Of a stretch of DNA of 64,000 bases, positions 1-10,189 are shown piece after piece. Position 1 is the stretch's first letter. Every line of letters begins with the position of its first letter. The translations under genes and the position numbers were made by a program. The notes beneath the pieces were generated by a model. That model was not told the origin of the DNA, did not search any database, and worked only from the letters and a program-made list of their open reading frames with translations. This DNA is from a virus, in the IMG/VR virus record IMGVR_UViG_3300013099_000017, positions 64,001 to 128,000 of that record. One strand, written 5' to 3'.

Positions 1-188
1 ACAAGCGTTACATTATGCAAAAGAAACTAACCGGAAGGTTGGTATATTGTTAATCATTAAAGATGAAGATGGTTTTAAATGGGTACAATTGGTATCAGAT
101 AACCTTAAATATTATCACATACATAAAGCAAAGGTGTGGTATATTATTGCTAATGAGCGATTTACCTACAAATGAAGGAAAATATATT

Positions 189-374
189 ATGAAATATACT
201 GTAAGAATTATTGAAAGTGAACGGGGTTGGGGTCAAATAGTTGATGAAATTAAAGAATTCGATTCTGATGATGAAGCATATGAATTTGTAAGAAAATATA
301 ATGCTCAAAATAATTTAGATTATGTTCCTGATTGGTATATGTATGCACAAGATCCCGTGAGGATTGAAAAATGA
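189..374 (+). CDS. Hypothetical protein (start MKYTVRIIE; track start at 63 probably too early)
   Basis: AAGGAAA RBS before ATG 189; TGTGG-TATATT promoter-like site at ~135-145. Confidence 0.6.
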   Translation: MKYTVRIIESERGWGQIVDEIKEFDSDDEAYEFVRKYNAQNNLDYVPDWYMYAQDPVRIEK

Positions 375-727
375 GTGATCAAGTACAAACAACATTAGAT
401 CCATTAAACAAATTCACAAAGTATAAGGCTTATGAAATTGCTGATGTTTGTGGAATTTTACCAATTTGGGTTTTAAATTATAATTTTTTCGATAAACCAT
501 TAAAAGATGCATTAAAAATTCAATATGGGTTTCCATTTGGTGATGATGATATGTCCAATTTTACTGGTAATGTTGAAGCTGATGGAACATTTACATATCC
601 GGAAGATCCCACAAAATACCCTCTAATACGCATTGTAAGAGGTTCTGAGACATTTTATCAGTATCTTGATAGTTGGGTGGCTATTGTACAGGAAGATGGT
701 TCATTTTATGTTGATAGAATGGATTAA
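371..727 (+). CDS. Hypothetical protein
   Basis: 118-aa ORF with ATGA overlap. Confidence 0.7.
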   Translation: MSDQVQTTLDPLNKFTKYKAYEIADVCGILPIWVLNYNFFDKPLKDALKIQYGFPFGDDDMSNFTGNVEADGTFTYPEDPTKYPLIRIVRGSETFYQYLDSWVAIVQEDGSFYVDRMD

Positions 728-728
728 T

Positions 729-773
729 ATATCCCATTGTGGGTATATACATTTACTGTAGATATCATATAAT
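729..773 (+). promoter_or_regulatory. Palindrome-class promoter cassette, copy 1
   Basis: ATATCC-CATTGT-GGGTAT, then TATAAT at 768. Confidence 0.8.
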
Positions 774-810
774 AAAGACATAAGATAAATTAATCCAAAA
801 GGAAAACATC

Positions 811-978
811 ATGAACACTCAACTTGTAGCAAGTCAACTAGAAAATGATTTAGCATATCAGCAGTCGGTTCAACAGAATGACCCATACAACATGATGTTG
901 GTGTTACGTGCATATCAACTTCCATACAAAATTACTGATGCAACGGCATTAATTGAATATGCCAAGGGTAAAAAATAA
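811..978 (+). CDS. 55-aa hypothetical protein, not in track (MNTQLVASQL...)
   Basis: CCAAAAGGAAA RBS, open frame, TAATG overlap with next gene. Confidence 0.7.
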   Translation: MNTQLVASQLENDLAYQQSVQQNDPYNMMLVLRAYQLPYKITDATALIEYAKGKK

Positions 979-1226
979 TGCCTATTACAACCAATAATCA
1001 TATTCGGGATTATCTTGATATTTCTGATGTTCCTGAATCTGAAATTGATGAATGGAATTCGGAATGTAGTTTATGGGTAAAATACAGGGGTATGTATCTT
1101 GCTCTTTCTGATTTTGGATATAATCCTTATTCGGAATGGTCTGCTACTTATGGTTTAACAAATACAGCATCAATTGTTCTTAAACCTATTGAAAGTGATC
1201 AATATATTATTGGTCTTGCAACATGA
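978..1226 (+). CDS. Hypothetical protein
   Basis: 82-aa ORF with TAATG overlap. Confidence 0.65.
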   Translation: MPITTNNHIRDYLDISDVPESEIDEWNSECSLWVKYRGMYLALSDFGYNPYSEWSATYGLTNTASIVLKPIESDQYIIGLAT

Positions 1227-1405
1227 ATTGGTTTGAAAAATTATTTGTAGCATTGGAAGTGTTAGCCATTATTGGTATGATTGTTTATTCTGTACTTCAA
1301 TTTTTTGGAATTGTATGATAATGGATATTGAAGAAATATTGGAAAAATTGTTTATCGTTTGTATTGTACTCCATGCAATTTACATGACATGTTTTTGAGA
1401 AAATT

Positions 1406-2222
1406 ATGAGCGTATATGACTTATTAAAAAAAGATTTAGATGAATTGATGGATCTCTGTCAATCAAAAAACATTTATGTTAGTTGGAATAAAAATTCAAT
1501 ATTTATTTGTGATTTAAATGGTGAGTTAATGTATCAGGGTGATGCACCACAAGAACCAATTAGCTATCAATTTCTAATGAAAAAAATTAAGGAAATTTTG
1601 TGAAATATAAGGTAAGTATTGAGAAAAAGTATCTTTATATTTGGAAAGCTAATAGGGAAAATCCTATATTAGAATTTTCTGTTTCAGAAAAAGGTATAAC
1701 GTTAATTGATGGTGATGTGAAAATTAAACAAGATTTTTATAGTCGTGAAGAAATCAAGAATTTAAAATATGAATTGGAGTTAATGAAATGACAAGTAAAG
1801 TATTATGTGCTTTAGGTGTTAAAGATGGTAAAACCGAATATCTTTATGATTTTTCATGGGATTGTGATTGGTATTGGGGTGGTGGTTATGTTGGTAATAA
1901 ACACTTACATCATCATTTTAATGGGTTAGTTGGTGGAAACATTAACATGCATGATGCGTTTGAAGAATATTATGATAGTACCAAAATAACAAAAGATCAA
2001 TTGTGGCGATTGTGTGATCTTATGAAACAATTTTATGCTCATAGAGAAAGTTCTGAATGTTTTCAATGGGGTGGCAATTATACATGTTCAGGTAGATCTC
2101 ATGAAGAAATTAATTCTGATTTGGGTAAAGCATTAAATGAACATATCGAAAAGGTCATTATTCCCGAAGTTCGGAAATTATTGAAAGATGTTGATACGCA
2201 GGAATCTGTAAAAATATCTTAA
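1406..2222 (+). other. Three overlapping small hypothetical ORFs (1406-1603, 1600-1791, 1788-2222)
   Basis: Coupled start/stop overlaps; no recognisable motifs. Confidence 0.65.
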
Positions 2223-2223
2223 T

Positions 2224-2269
2224 ATATCCCATTGTGGGTATATACATCTATTGTTAAATATAAGATAAT
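2224..2269 (+). promoter_or_regulatory. Palindrome-class promoter cassette, copy 2
   Basis: ATATCC-CATTGT-GGGTAT; TATACA-N17-GATAAT. Confidence 0.8.
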
Positions 2270-2274
2270 GTATT

Positions 2275-2319
2275 TGTGGTAAGGGGATTTCCCCAAATAG
2301 ATAAACTTCCAAAAGGAAA
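2275..2319 (+). promoter_or_regulatory. Conserved 5' leader (TGTGGT, GGGGA-loop-TCCCC hairpin, CTTCCAAAAGGAAA RBS)
   Basis: Near-identical leaders at 29770, 31237, 33104, 35026 and 37128. Confidence 0.75.
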
Positions 2320-2324
2320 ACACC

Positions 2325-2849
2325 ATGTATAATGGTAATTTTGAACAAGAATCTGAACAGGTCATTGAAAAATATGAACCGAAACTGAGAGTAATGTTTC
2401 CTGACTTTCATGTTAATATGAGAGTAAGTAAATTGCTTGGTACAACATTGTGGATTAATATATCTTCTCCGCATGAAATAACAAGACATAATGCAGATGT
2501 TAATATTGATTTTCATGTTTTCAATGAAGATCATGTTCCTTCATTAGAGAAAAATCTTTGTCCAAAAAAATATAAATTTCGTAAAATCAACGGTGATACC
2601 TTAGATGTTATGGTTGGTAAATTTATGGTTTGGATTGCAAAGAATGAATCTGAAATGAAATCCGATTGGGTTAATTATAAGGACAAGAAAATGAGTAAAT
2701 CAGATTATCAGGTGTATAAAAAAAATGGAAATCAATATGTCATTTATCAGGAATTTGATAAATGGAATATTTATCAACTTTCATGGTCTAGTGCTAATAA
2801 ATTAGTTTCTTCCCATGATACAAACGCAGAGGCGGTATCAGCATTATGA
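2325..2849 (+). CDS. Hypothetical early protein
   Basis: 174-aa ORF directly behind a full promoter/leader cassette. Confidence 0.75.
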   Translation: MYNGNFEQESEQVIEKYEPKLRVMFPDFHVNMRVSKLLGTTLWINISSPHEITRHNADVNIDFHVFNEDHVPSLEKNLCPKKYKFRKINGDTLDVMVGKFMVWIAKNESEMKSDWVNYKDKKMSKSDYQVYKKNGNQYVIYQEFDKWNIYQLSWSSANKLVSSHDTNAEAVSAL

Positions 2850-3291
2850 ACTTTTGTATTATGTACATTGCAAGAATCTCAAATGTAAGCAATGATTTTC
2901 AATATATATTTGTATCGAAACATCAAATAACACAAGATGATGTTATAACATATTTAAATTCCAAAGATGAAAGTTTGGATTTAGAAGTTAATCGCTTGGG
3001 TTTATATTCTAATTTACTTAATAAGTTTATTACTTATAAAGTTAATACCATTGAGGAAATTTAAAAATGAGTCCTACTAAAATTTTAAATATCGTAAATA
3101 AATTTGATAATCTATTTAAATTCTTTGGATATATTTTTATTGTTTGTATTTTAATGTTTACATTATATTTACTTGCAGTCAATATTCATTATGTTAGTGT
3201 ATTTGGTGTATTCTTGTTTTTACTATATGTATTGGTCAGATATATGGTTGCCTATTACAAGAAAAATAATCCGGATAGGAGAAATTCGTGA
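2846..3291 (+). other. Two small ORFs (2846-3064; 3067-3291, a membrane protein)
   Basis: Overlapping ORFs; the second has two hydrophobic stretches. Confidence 0.6.
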
Positions 3292-3662
3292 ATCAAACAG
3301 TAATCGGTCGTTTATATGGTATTGTTATTATGTTAATATTATTGGCAATGTCATTTGATTTGATGTACCCAAATGTGATTTTAGTTGGTGTATTATTTGC
3401 TGTTCGTGTTCTACTTATAGTTGATAATCTTAATAGAAATGATGTGAAAGATATATTAATTACTGATTTTAAAACAATAGGTTTATTATTGAATTTATTT
3501 GTTTTGATGTTAATATTATTTGGTTTTATTGAATTTTGGTACATATATGTAATATCACAATCAACTGTATTACTTTTTGGTGCAGTATGGTATTTGGAAA
3601 ATAAACCAGAAATACAGACATTATATCAACTAGCAATTTGGAAAAGGAATAGGGGAAGATGA
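3288..3662 (+). CDS. Multi-pass membrane protein, paralog A
   Basis: About four hydrophobic segments; FG.IEFWY...LFGAV shared with next ORF. Confidence 0.7.
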   Translation: MNQTVIGRLYGIVIMLILLAMSFDLMYPNVILVGVLFAVRVLLIVDNLNRNDVKDILITDFKTIGLLLNLFVLMLILFGFIEFWYIYVISQSTVLLFGAVWYLENKPEIQTLYQLAIWKRNRGR

Positions 3663-4018
3663 AAAAAAAAACGATTACAATTGTACGTTTAATTACAATA
3701 ACAATATATTTGATCATATTTGCAATGTCCTTTGGTTTAATAGAACTGAATGGATTGCTGGTAGCAAGTTTATTTATTGTTCAAATTTATATATTTTGTG
3801 GATTCATTAGTACATTAAATGCTCATGAATATGGTAATGTGCCGAAAGGTTGGTTATATTATTTGACTAACACTATTTCAGCTATATTAATATTGTTTAT
3901 GTTATTTGGACAAATAGAATTTTGGTACATGGTTATTTTGAGCCATATAATTTTATTTGGGGCGGTTATTGTATTTAAACGGAAAGCAGAACATGAATTA
4001 TTGGAGAGTAGAAAATGA
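3659..4018 (+). CDS. Multi-pass membrane protein, paralog B
   Basis: About four hydrophobic segments; FGQIEFWY...LFGAV. Confidence 0.7.
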   Translation: MKKKTITIVRLITITIYLIIFAMSFGLIELNGLLVASLFIVQIYIFCGFISTLNAHEYGNVPKGWLYYLTNTISAILILFMLFGQIEFWYMVILSHIILFGAVIVFKRKAEHELLESRK

Positions 4019-4956
4019 GTTATTGTGATTTTAATCATACGTTATTTAAACAGTTTACAAGTCATAAGACTAAGATATTTCCTGCTCTATCTGATGATTG
4101 GGAATTGATTAATAAAGCATATAACACAAGTGATGGTGTTGCGTTAAAGTCTAAAAATTTAAATCAAATTGTATATGATATTCCAATGAGGCGATTTATT
4201 ACATTTTGTAAAACATTTAATATTACCATAACAGGTAATCTTTTACATGGTGAATATGCCGTTGGTCAAGATAGATCAGTATATGTTAAAAAAGATTTTG
4301 ATAAGTGGAATGACAAATATAACAAACGTACAGAAAATATTATTTCTTTACGTGATGCTAAAGTAGGTCATGTTTATAGAACGGTGTGTGGATTGTCTGT
4401 AATTTATTTGGGTGCTATGTATCAGGCGAAAGTCATAACAAAAAAATGGGATGATTTATCAAATTTCACTAAAATTACAAAAGTTCATTTCATTCAAACA
4501 AATGTAAGTTTTGATGATGATAATCCTCAGTATGGAATACAACCTGTAAGAAATTATAAATTTATACGAGACATGGGTTATGCTTTGGATGCAGATGAAA
4601 TTGCTAATGTGTTTGAACATCAATATTACGGTGATAATAGCATCGTGTATTGGGATAAAAAACGTCCAAATGGTGTTCCAAAATACGGAATCATTCCAAG
4701 TATTAGAAAACCATATTATCCAAATCAGGATAATTATGCAAAGAAAAATGTGTCATTGTATTATTATACTCCATTATTTGCCAAATATCAGAATAGATTT
4801 TGGAAATTAAGGAATAGCACAACATTAAGATCATCTTATTCAGTTGATAAAGAAACGCTAAAATATTCTGGTAAAAATCAAGATCAAGGTTGGGGTTGTT
4901 CAGGGGAACAAATTAAAGTAGATAATGAATTTTATAGAATTGGTGTTATTGATTAA
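4015..4956 (+). CDS. Hypothetical protein
   Basis: 313-aa ORF; no motif recognised. Confidence 0.75.
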   Translation: MSYCDFNHTLFKQFTSHKTKIFPALSDDWELINKAYNTSDGVALKSKNLNQIVYDIPMRRFITFCKTFNITITGNLLHGEYAVGQDRSVYVKKDFDKWNDKYNKRTENIISLRDAKVGHVYRTVCGLSVIYLGAMYQAKVITKKWDDLSNFTKITKVHFIQTNVSFDDDNPQYGIQPVRNYKFIRDMGYALDADEIANVFEHQYYGDNSIVYWDKKRPNGVPKYGIIPSIRKPYYPNQDNYAKKNVSLYYYTPLFAKYQNRFWKLRNSTTLRSSYSVDKETLKYSGKNQDQGWGCSGEQIKVDNEFYRIGVID

Positions 4957-4957
4957 T

Positions 4958-5003
4958 ATATCCCATTGTGGGTATATACACAAATATTATATTATGTGAT
5001 AAT
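4958..5003 (+). promoter_or_regulatory. Palindrome-class promoter cassette, copy 3
   Basis: ATATCC-CATTGT-GGGTAT; TGT-GATAAT at 4998. Confidence 0.8.
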
Positions 5004-5038
5004 GGGTTCAAGATTAAATAAACAGGAAAGGAAATGAA

Positions 5039-5260
5039 ATGAAGTGGTGTAAAGATTCTTATTTTAAAGATTTAAGTGATGATGAATTGCTCATTGAATA
5101 TGATGATGCCCGTAGTTTGATGTCGTATTATAATGCGGCCGAAGGAAATTGGAGTAGTGAAACGGGTGCTCGAAATGAATGTAGTTATTATCTTAATGAA
5201 GTGAGAACTGAAATTGGTATTCGAGATTTGACCCCAAATACAGGAACTTATTTATGCTAA
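5039..5260 (+). CDS. Hypothetical protein
   Basis: 73-aa ORF with GGAAAGGA RBS. Confidence 0.65.
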   Translation: MKWCKDSYFKDLSDDELLIEYDDARSLMSYYNAAEGNWSSETGARNECSYYLNEVRTEIGIRDLTPNTGTYLC

Positions 5261-5284
5261 ATAAGCATAAAGGGGAATTTATAT

Positions 5285-5914
5285 ATGGAATTAAACAAAG
5301 ACTTTTTTCAAAGTTTAAATGAATCATTATTAACTGAATCGGGTTTATCAAGGGTTTGGAAACAAACAAAAGAACATGATTTTGGAACAATTACTGCTTT
5401 TCGTAGTGCCAAAGATTGCAATAAAGGTGAAGCATATACAAAAGCTGATAACATGAAACGAAATAAATCACTTGTTTCAAAATTACAGTCATTGCGATAT
5501 GGTATCACTAAAATCAAAGGTTCATATATTGAGAACTATGGTTCACAAAATGAAAAAGAAGTTGGTGAAAATTCGTTTATTGTAATTGATCTTCAAGACA
5601 AGGGTACATTGAAAAAAGATTTATTAAAATTGGGTGAAGAATTTGAACAAGATTCTATCATTTTTGGTAAAGCAGGAAAGGCAGGAACATTAGTTGGTTC
5701 AAATAAATGTCCTGATGGATATCCAGGATATCGTAAAGAAGCTAAACAAGGTGGTGCTATTTTTGGTAAAACTGGTGAATTTATGAGTCGGGTTAAAGGT
5801 AGACCATTTATTTTTACAGAAGAAGTTGAAAATTATGGTGTCAAAAAATATCCAACTGAGTTAAGGGGTGTAGTTGAATTATCAAAACTACATTGGTCTG
5901 AAATCGAAGTATAA
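5285..5914 (+). CDS. Conserved T4-like hypothetical protein, possibly virion-associated
   Basis: LNESLLTE N-terminus, SGLSRVW...GTITAFR motif, upstream CTAAATA late-promoter-like site. Confidence 0.6.
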   Translation: MELNKDFFQSLNESLLTESGLSRVWKQTKEHDFGTITAFRSAKDCNKGEAYTKADNMKRNKSLVSKLQSLRYGITKIKGSYIENYGSQNEKEVGENSFIVIDLQDKGTLKKDLLKLGEEFEQDSIIFGKAGKAGTLVGSNKCPDGYPGYRKEAKQGGAIFGKTGEFMSRVKGRPFIFTEEVENYGVKKYPTELRGVVELSKLHWSEIEV

Positions 5915-5925
5915 AGGTTTTTATT

Positions 5926-6783
5926 ATGCAATACATTTTAAAACAAATTGAATATGATGAATTAGTTCATTTAAAAGAAAAACACCAGAAACGTTACTTG
6001 AATGAACTTCAAAAAGTTTGTACAATGGCATGTGATAATACCCCAATTTTATATTGGGATAAAACAATTCCGGAACCTTGGGGTTGTATTATCACCATTG
6101 AAAAAGAAAATGAAGAAAATGGTACTGATGAAGAATGGTGTTGTGATGAATGTCCAACAATTAAAGTATGTCCTTATGAATACAAAACTTATAGTAAATA
6201 AAGGGTTTTTATAATGAGTGATGTTAAAACAATAATTCAACATTCTGTATTAGTTGTATTAGGTGAAAAAAATAATAAATTTTTATTTAATTCAAAAGAA
6301 GATAAAGATGAATTTTTATTAAGTGAAAATAAATTTTGTATTAATCAATTACAAAATTATATTGGTGCGTTTGATAAACTCGAACGCAAAACTTTCAAGT
6401 TTGAACTTGAAAAAAAGCGTATGGCTCATGCTGTACATTGTGGATTTCATGAAGTTGCCAATACAGGTACATGGAATCGTTCTGCAAATTATGACGCATT
6501 AATTGCGTAAAGGTGTTAAATTATGAGTAAAGATTATAAAGTTGGTATTCGTTTCCCTAATAAAAACGATGAAAAGTACAGATTAGGGTATATCTTTTTG
6601 CCGACCGAAGTAAAACGTGATGCTTATATTCGTGATGAATTGGAATTCTGCAAAAGTGAAGAAAAATCCTATTTAAGTGCGTTATATAAAAATCAGCGTC
6701 TTAGTTCTATTCAGGCATTATACAATAAGCGTATTGAATTTGCGAAATTGAATGGTTTGGATATTGAAATGGTTAAGGCATAA
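5926..6783 (+). other. Three small hypothetical ORFs (5926-6201, 6214-6510, 6523-6783)
   Basis: Each preceded by an AAGG-type RBS. Confidence 0.6.
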
Positions 6784-7370
6784 TGCTCAATGTTATGGTA
6801 GACAATGAATCGGTTGGATTGAAACCAAATTCAGCCGTTGCACAAATTGGAGCAGTAATTTTTCAAGATGATTTTACAATCATGGATCGATATTGTATAA
6901 ATTTAAATATTGATCAACAGTTGGATTTGGGTTCAACTTATGATGATGGAACTCTCGATTGGTGGATGCTTCAAGAAGATGAAAATTCTGATTTATATAA
7001 TTCGGTTTTTGATAATCCAATGAACTTAGATGGTGCTTATAAAAATTGGTCAACATGGTTAAAGGATAATTCCCCTGTAAATGATGTTGGATTTAGATTT
7101 TGGTGTAATCATTTATTATTCGATGTACCAATGTTAAATAATTTCATGTCGTATTATGATGATAATATGAAACATTATATCAAATATAATAATTTTGAAG
7201 ATTTTGCAACTGTCCGAAATATGGCAAAACGTAAAGTAAGCAATTTTAAGGTACTTGAAAATAAAATTAATGTGGATGCTAATGGTGCTAGTCATAATGC
7301 CTTGTATGATGCTGTTTGGCAGACTAAATCATTAGAATTATCATATAAAGTGCTGGACATTCAATTATAA
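6783..7370 (+). CDS. dexA: DEDDh 3'-5' exonuclease, DexA-like
   Basis: N-terminal VMVDNES, internal FDVPML, C-terminal HNALYDA. Confidence 0.8.
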   Translation: MLNVMVDNESVGLKPNSAVAQIGAVIFQDDFTIMDRYCINLNIDQQLDLGSTYDDGTLDWWMLQEDENSDLYNSVFDNPMNLDGAYKNWSTWLKDNSPVNDVGFRFWCNHLLFDVPMLNNFMSYYDDNMKHYIKYNNFEDFATVRNMAKRKVSNFKVLENKINVDANGASHNALYDAVWQTKSLELSYKVLDIQL

Positions 7371-7424
7371 TATTTCATATATCTCTTTTGGGATATATGA
7401 AATATTTAATCAATTTGATATAAT
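7370..7424 (+). promoter_or_regulatory. Palindrome-class promoter cassette, copy 4, with extended 14-bp perfect arms
   Basis: ATATTTCATATATC-N8-GATATATGAAATAT; TGA-TATAAT at 7419. Confidence 0.8.
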
Positions 7425-7458
7425 ATGTGTGTAGGTTGAAAAACCATTTTTAAATTTG

Positions 7459-7486
7459 AATAGGTAATAGGTAATAGGTAATAAGT
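7459..7486 (+). repeat. AATAGGT x3 plus AATAAGT tandem repeat over the RBS
   Basis: Read directly upstream of ATG 7488. Confidence 0.85.
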
Positions 7487-7487
7487 A

Positions 7488-8489
7488 ATGAAACGGACAA
7501 CAGATGTAAATCATGCAATGTATGGTAAAGAACCATCTATTCCAAATCAGGTATTTATGGATACGAAAGCATATAATATGTTTTTACATTCATCCTTTAA
7601 CTGGTACAATAACATGGTTAAAGATACCGAAAAAAAGAAATGGGTCATTAAATGGGGTATTGCCCGTGGATTCAATATATCAGATTTGAAAGCAATTCCG
7701 GATACTTATTTAACTACTCTTGGTTCAATGGTGAGAATGGATGATAATGGTTTCAAATTTAATGATATGCATTATCAAACAATTTCAACTAAATTAGGTG
7801 AATTGGTATTAAAGTTCAAAGAAATCAAACGTGAACAGCCTACAATAAAAAAGATTACAGTTGATAAGGTTGGTTTGGTTATGACTGTTTTTGATAATGC
7901 TATTGATAACGTTATGGACAATAAACCATATCCAAAATTAACAATCGATCATCCATTATCAGCACCAAATGTCAATGAACTGAAATCATATTATACAAGA
8001 CAGTTGGATGAACTTGAAACTGGTTCAAAATTTATTAAAGTTCATAATGAGATTTTAAATTTATTATCTGGTAAAGATAAAGTTAAAAAGCCCACAACAC
8101 GAAAACCTAAAATTAGGAAAGCACGTTCTCCTAAAAAGCAGGTGGCTAACTTGAACTTTATGATTGCTGATACTACATTAGGAATCAAATCCATTAAACC
8201 GGAAAAAATAATTGGTGCTTCTAAGTTGGTGATGTTTAATACCAATAATCGAAAGTTGACTATTTTCTATGCTGATGATGGTGGATTTTCTATCAAGGGT
8301 TCAACCTTGCAGAATTTTACAAAACAATCTTCCACTAAAACTATCAGGAAACCGGAAGATAAATTATCTGAATTTATTGGAGCACCAAAAACACGTACAG
8401 ATAAAATTTATTCTCAAATTAAATCGGTCAAGGGTTCGGTAACTGGTCGAATTAATAAACACAATATATTACTAAAGGTATTTAATTAA
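7488..8489 (+). CDS. Conserved T4-like hypothetical protein
   Basis: C-terminal FNTNNRKL...SIKGSTLQNF...KTIRKPE...GRINK resembles a family recalled from marine T4-like phages. Confidence 0.7.
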   Translation: MKRTTDVNHAMYGKEPSIPNQVFMDTKAYNMFLHSSFNWYNNMVKDTEKKKWVIKWGIARGFNISDLKAIPDTYLTTLGSMVRMDDNGFKFNDMHYQTISTKLGELVLKFKEIKREQPTIKKITVDKVGLVMTVFDNAIDNVMDNKPYPKLTIDHPLSAPNVNELKSYYTRQLDELETGSKFIKVHNEILNLLSGKDKVKKPTTRKPKIRKARSPKKQVANLNFMIADTTLGIKSIKPEKIIGASKLVMFNTNNRKLTIFYADDGGFSIKGSTLQNFTKQSSTKTIRKPEDKLSEFIGAPKTRTDKIYSQIKSVKGSVTGRINKHNILLKVFN

Positions 8490-8785
8490 TGAATCCATTT
8501 AAAGTAACATTGAAAGTAGAGAAACCCGATCCAACATATTCATTTGATGAATTGGGTCATAGGAGTATTGGTCGGATTCAGCGTGGGAAATACAAGGGAT
8601 TATTTGTTCTTGTGATTAAAGAAGATGTAAATGAACCAATATTAGTTGAACTAACTGGATTGTTTTATCTAAAAGGTAAACAATTAAAAGAGTTTGGTTC
8701 AAATATCGAAGCACTTAATGTTGATTATAATATAACATTATCATTATCACGTATACCAGAATCAGAAAGGATTAACTTAAAATGA
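8489..8785 (+). CDS. Small hypothetical protein, distant paralog of the next two ORFs
   Basis: Similar length and G.I...KY.GL.V pattern. Confidence 0.6.
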   Translation: MNPFKVTLKVEKPDPTYSFDELGHRSIGRIQRGKYKGLFVLVIKEDVNEPILVELTGLFYLKGKQLKEFGSNIEALNVDYNITLSLSRIPESERINLK

Positions 8786-9028
8786 TTGAAATTGTAAATG
8801 AACAAAAAGATGTAATAGTCTTAGCAAAAGATATGAAACAAGGTCAATTTGGTGTTATTGTTGAAAGTGAAGCTCAATATCTGATAGGTGATATTGTAGG
8901 GGGAACAATTGATTTCTTTAAATGGTAAAAACACATGGAAAAATCTTTCTCTGCCACAATTTAAAATTAAACTTTTGCATGATGGTACTATTTTTAAACT
9001 TACTAATAATGGAATTAAAAATGCTTAA
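8782..9028 (+). pseudogene. Small ORF frameshifted at a G5 run (8899-8903)
   Basis: Frame 1 stops after FFKW; the +1 frame continues GEQLISLNGKNTW..., which aligns with GELIVSLTSTHSW of the next ORF. Confidence 0.55.
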
Positions 9029-9290
9029 ACTTATAAAAGGTTCTGATCCGAAATACATTAAGGCAACTGAAATGACTATTAATCAAGTTGCCATTATCCG
9101 AAATAATAAAGATGATGATGTTGATCAAAAATATGTTGGTTTGATTGTTATGCGAGTTTATGGTGAACTGATTGTATCTTTAACTTCAACTCATTCATGG
9201 GGTGGAAATTGTCGTAGTTTAAATGCTCTTACTTTTAATCTCGAAGTAATACCAAATGGAAGTATGTTTGAAGTTGTGAATAATGAATAA
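9021..9290 (+). CDS. Small hypothetical protein (start MLKLIKG)
   Basis: In-frame ATG with GGA upstream; paralog of 8782. Confidence 0.65.
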   Translation: MLKLIKGSDPKYIKATEMTINQVAIIRNNKDDDVDQKYVGLIVMRVYGELIVSLTSTHSWGGNCRSLNALTFNLEVIPNGSMFEVVNNE

Positions 9291-9299
9291 GGATGTTAA

Positions 9300-10148
9300 A
9301 TGTTATTAATTGATTTAAGTTCGGTTGTAATAAATGCCGTACAGGGTGCAATTATACAAAATGATCTTAGTTTATCATTGGTTCGTAATTGTACCATGTC
9401 TCAGTTACTATATTACAAAAAACGATATTCAAAATATGGTAAGCCAATTTTATGTGTAGATTCAAGACACTATTGGCGTAAAGATTTTTTTAAATTTTAT
9501 AAACAAAATCGAAAAAAGATCCGTAAAAAATCCAGCATGGATTGGGACTTGTTTTTTGAATATTTTGCCAAAGTAAAACAGGAACTTCAAGACTATGTTC
9601 CATATATGTATATTGATGTTGAAAAATGTGAAGCTGATGATATCATTGCCATTATTGCAATGAAATCATCTGAGCCTGTTATGATTGTATCTGCTGATAA
9701 AGATATGGCACAATTACAAACCAAAGGGAAGGATATTAAGCAATATTCACCAATGACCAAAAAACAAATTACATTGAAGTCATTAGATTATTCATTAATT
9801 GAACATATTATTCGTGGTGATAATTCAGATGGTATTCCAAATATTAAATCCGATGATGATGTATTTTTATGTGAAGATAAAAGACAGAAATCAATTACCA
9901 CCACATTAATTAAAGATGCTTTACTTTTGGAACGTACCGAATTAATATGTCAAAATCAAATCGAATTGGGAAAATTTAAACGAAATCAAATCTTAATTGA
10001 TGTTGCTCATATTCCCGAAAATTATAAAAAAGATATTAGGGATGCTTGGAAATTTCAACAAGATAATCCACCAAAAGATAAATTAAAAACATATTTTATT
10101 AAATTTAGAATGAAATTATTATTTAATAAAATAAGCCAATTTAGATAA
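9300..10148 (+). CDS. rnh: T4-type RNase H / 5'-3' exonuclease
   Basis: MLLID, YWRK.F..YK..RKK, EADDII, SADKD..QL, GD.SDGIPN motifs. Confidence 0.95.
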   Translation: MLLIDLSSVVINAVQGAIIQNDLSLSLVRNCTMSQLLYYKKRYSKYGKPILCVDSRHYWRKDFFKFYKQNRKKIRKKSSMDWDLFFEYFAKVKQELQDYVPYMYIDVEKCEADDIIAIIAMKSSEPVMIVSADKDMAQLQTKGKDIKQYSPMTKKQITLKSLDYSLIEHIIRGDNSDGIPNIKSDDDVFLCEDKRQKSITTTLIKDALLLERTELICQNQIELGKFKRNQILIDVAHIPENYKKDIRDAWKFQQDNPPKDKLKTYFIKFRMKLLFNKISQFR

Positions 10149-10189
10149 GAACTAAATAGAATCATAATAGTAATTAAGGATGAAATATT

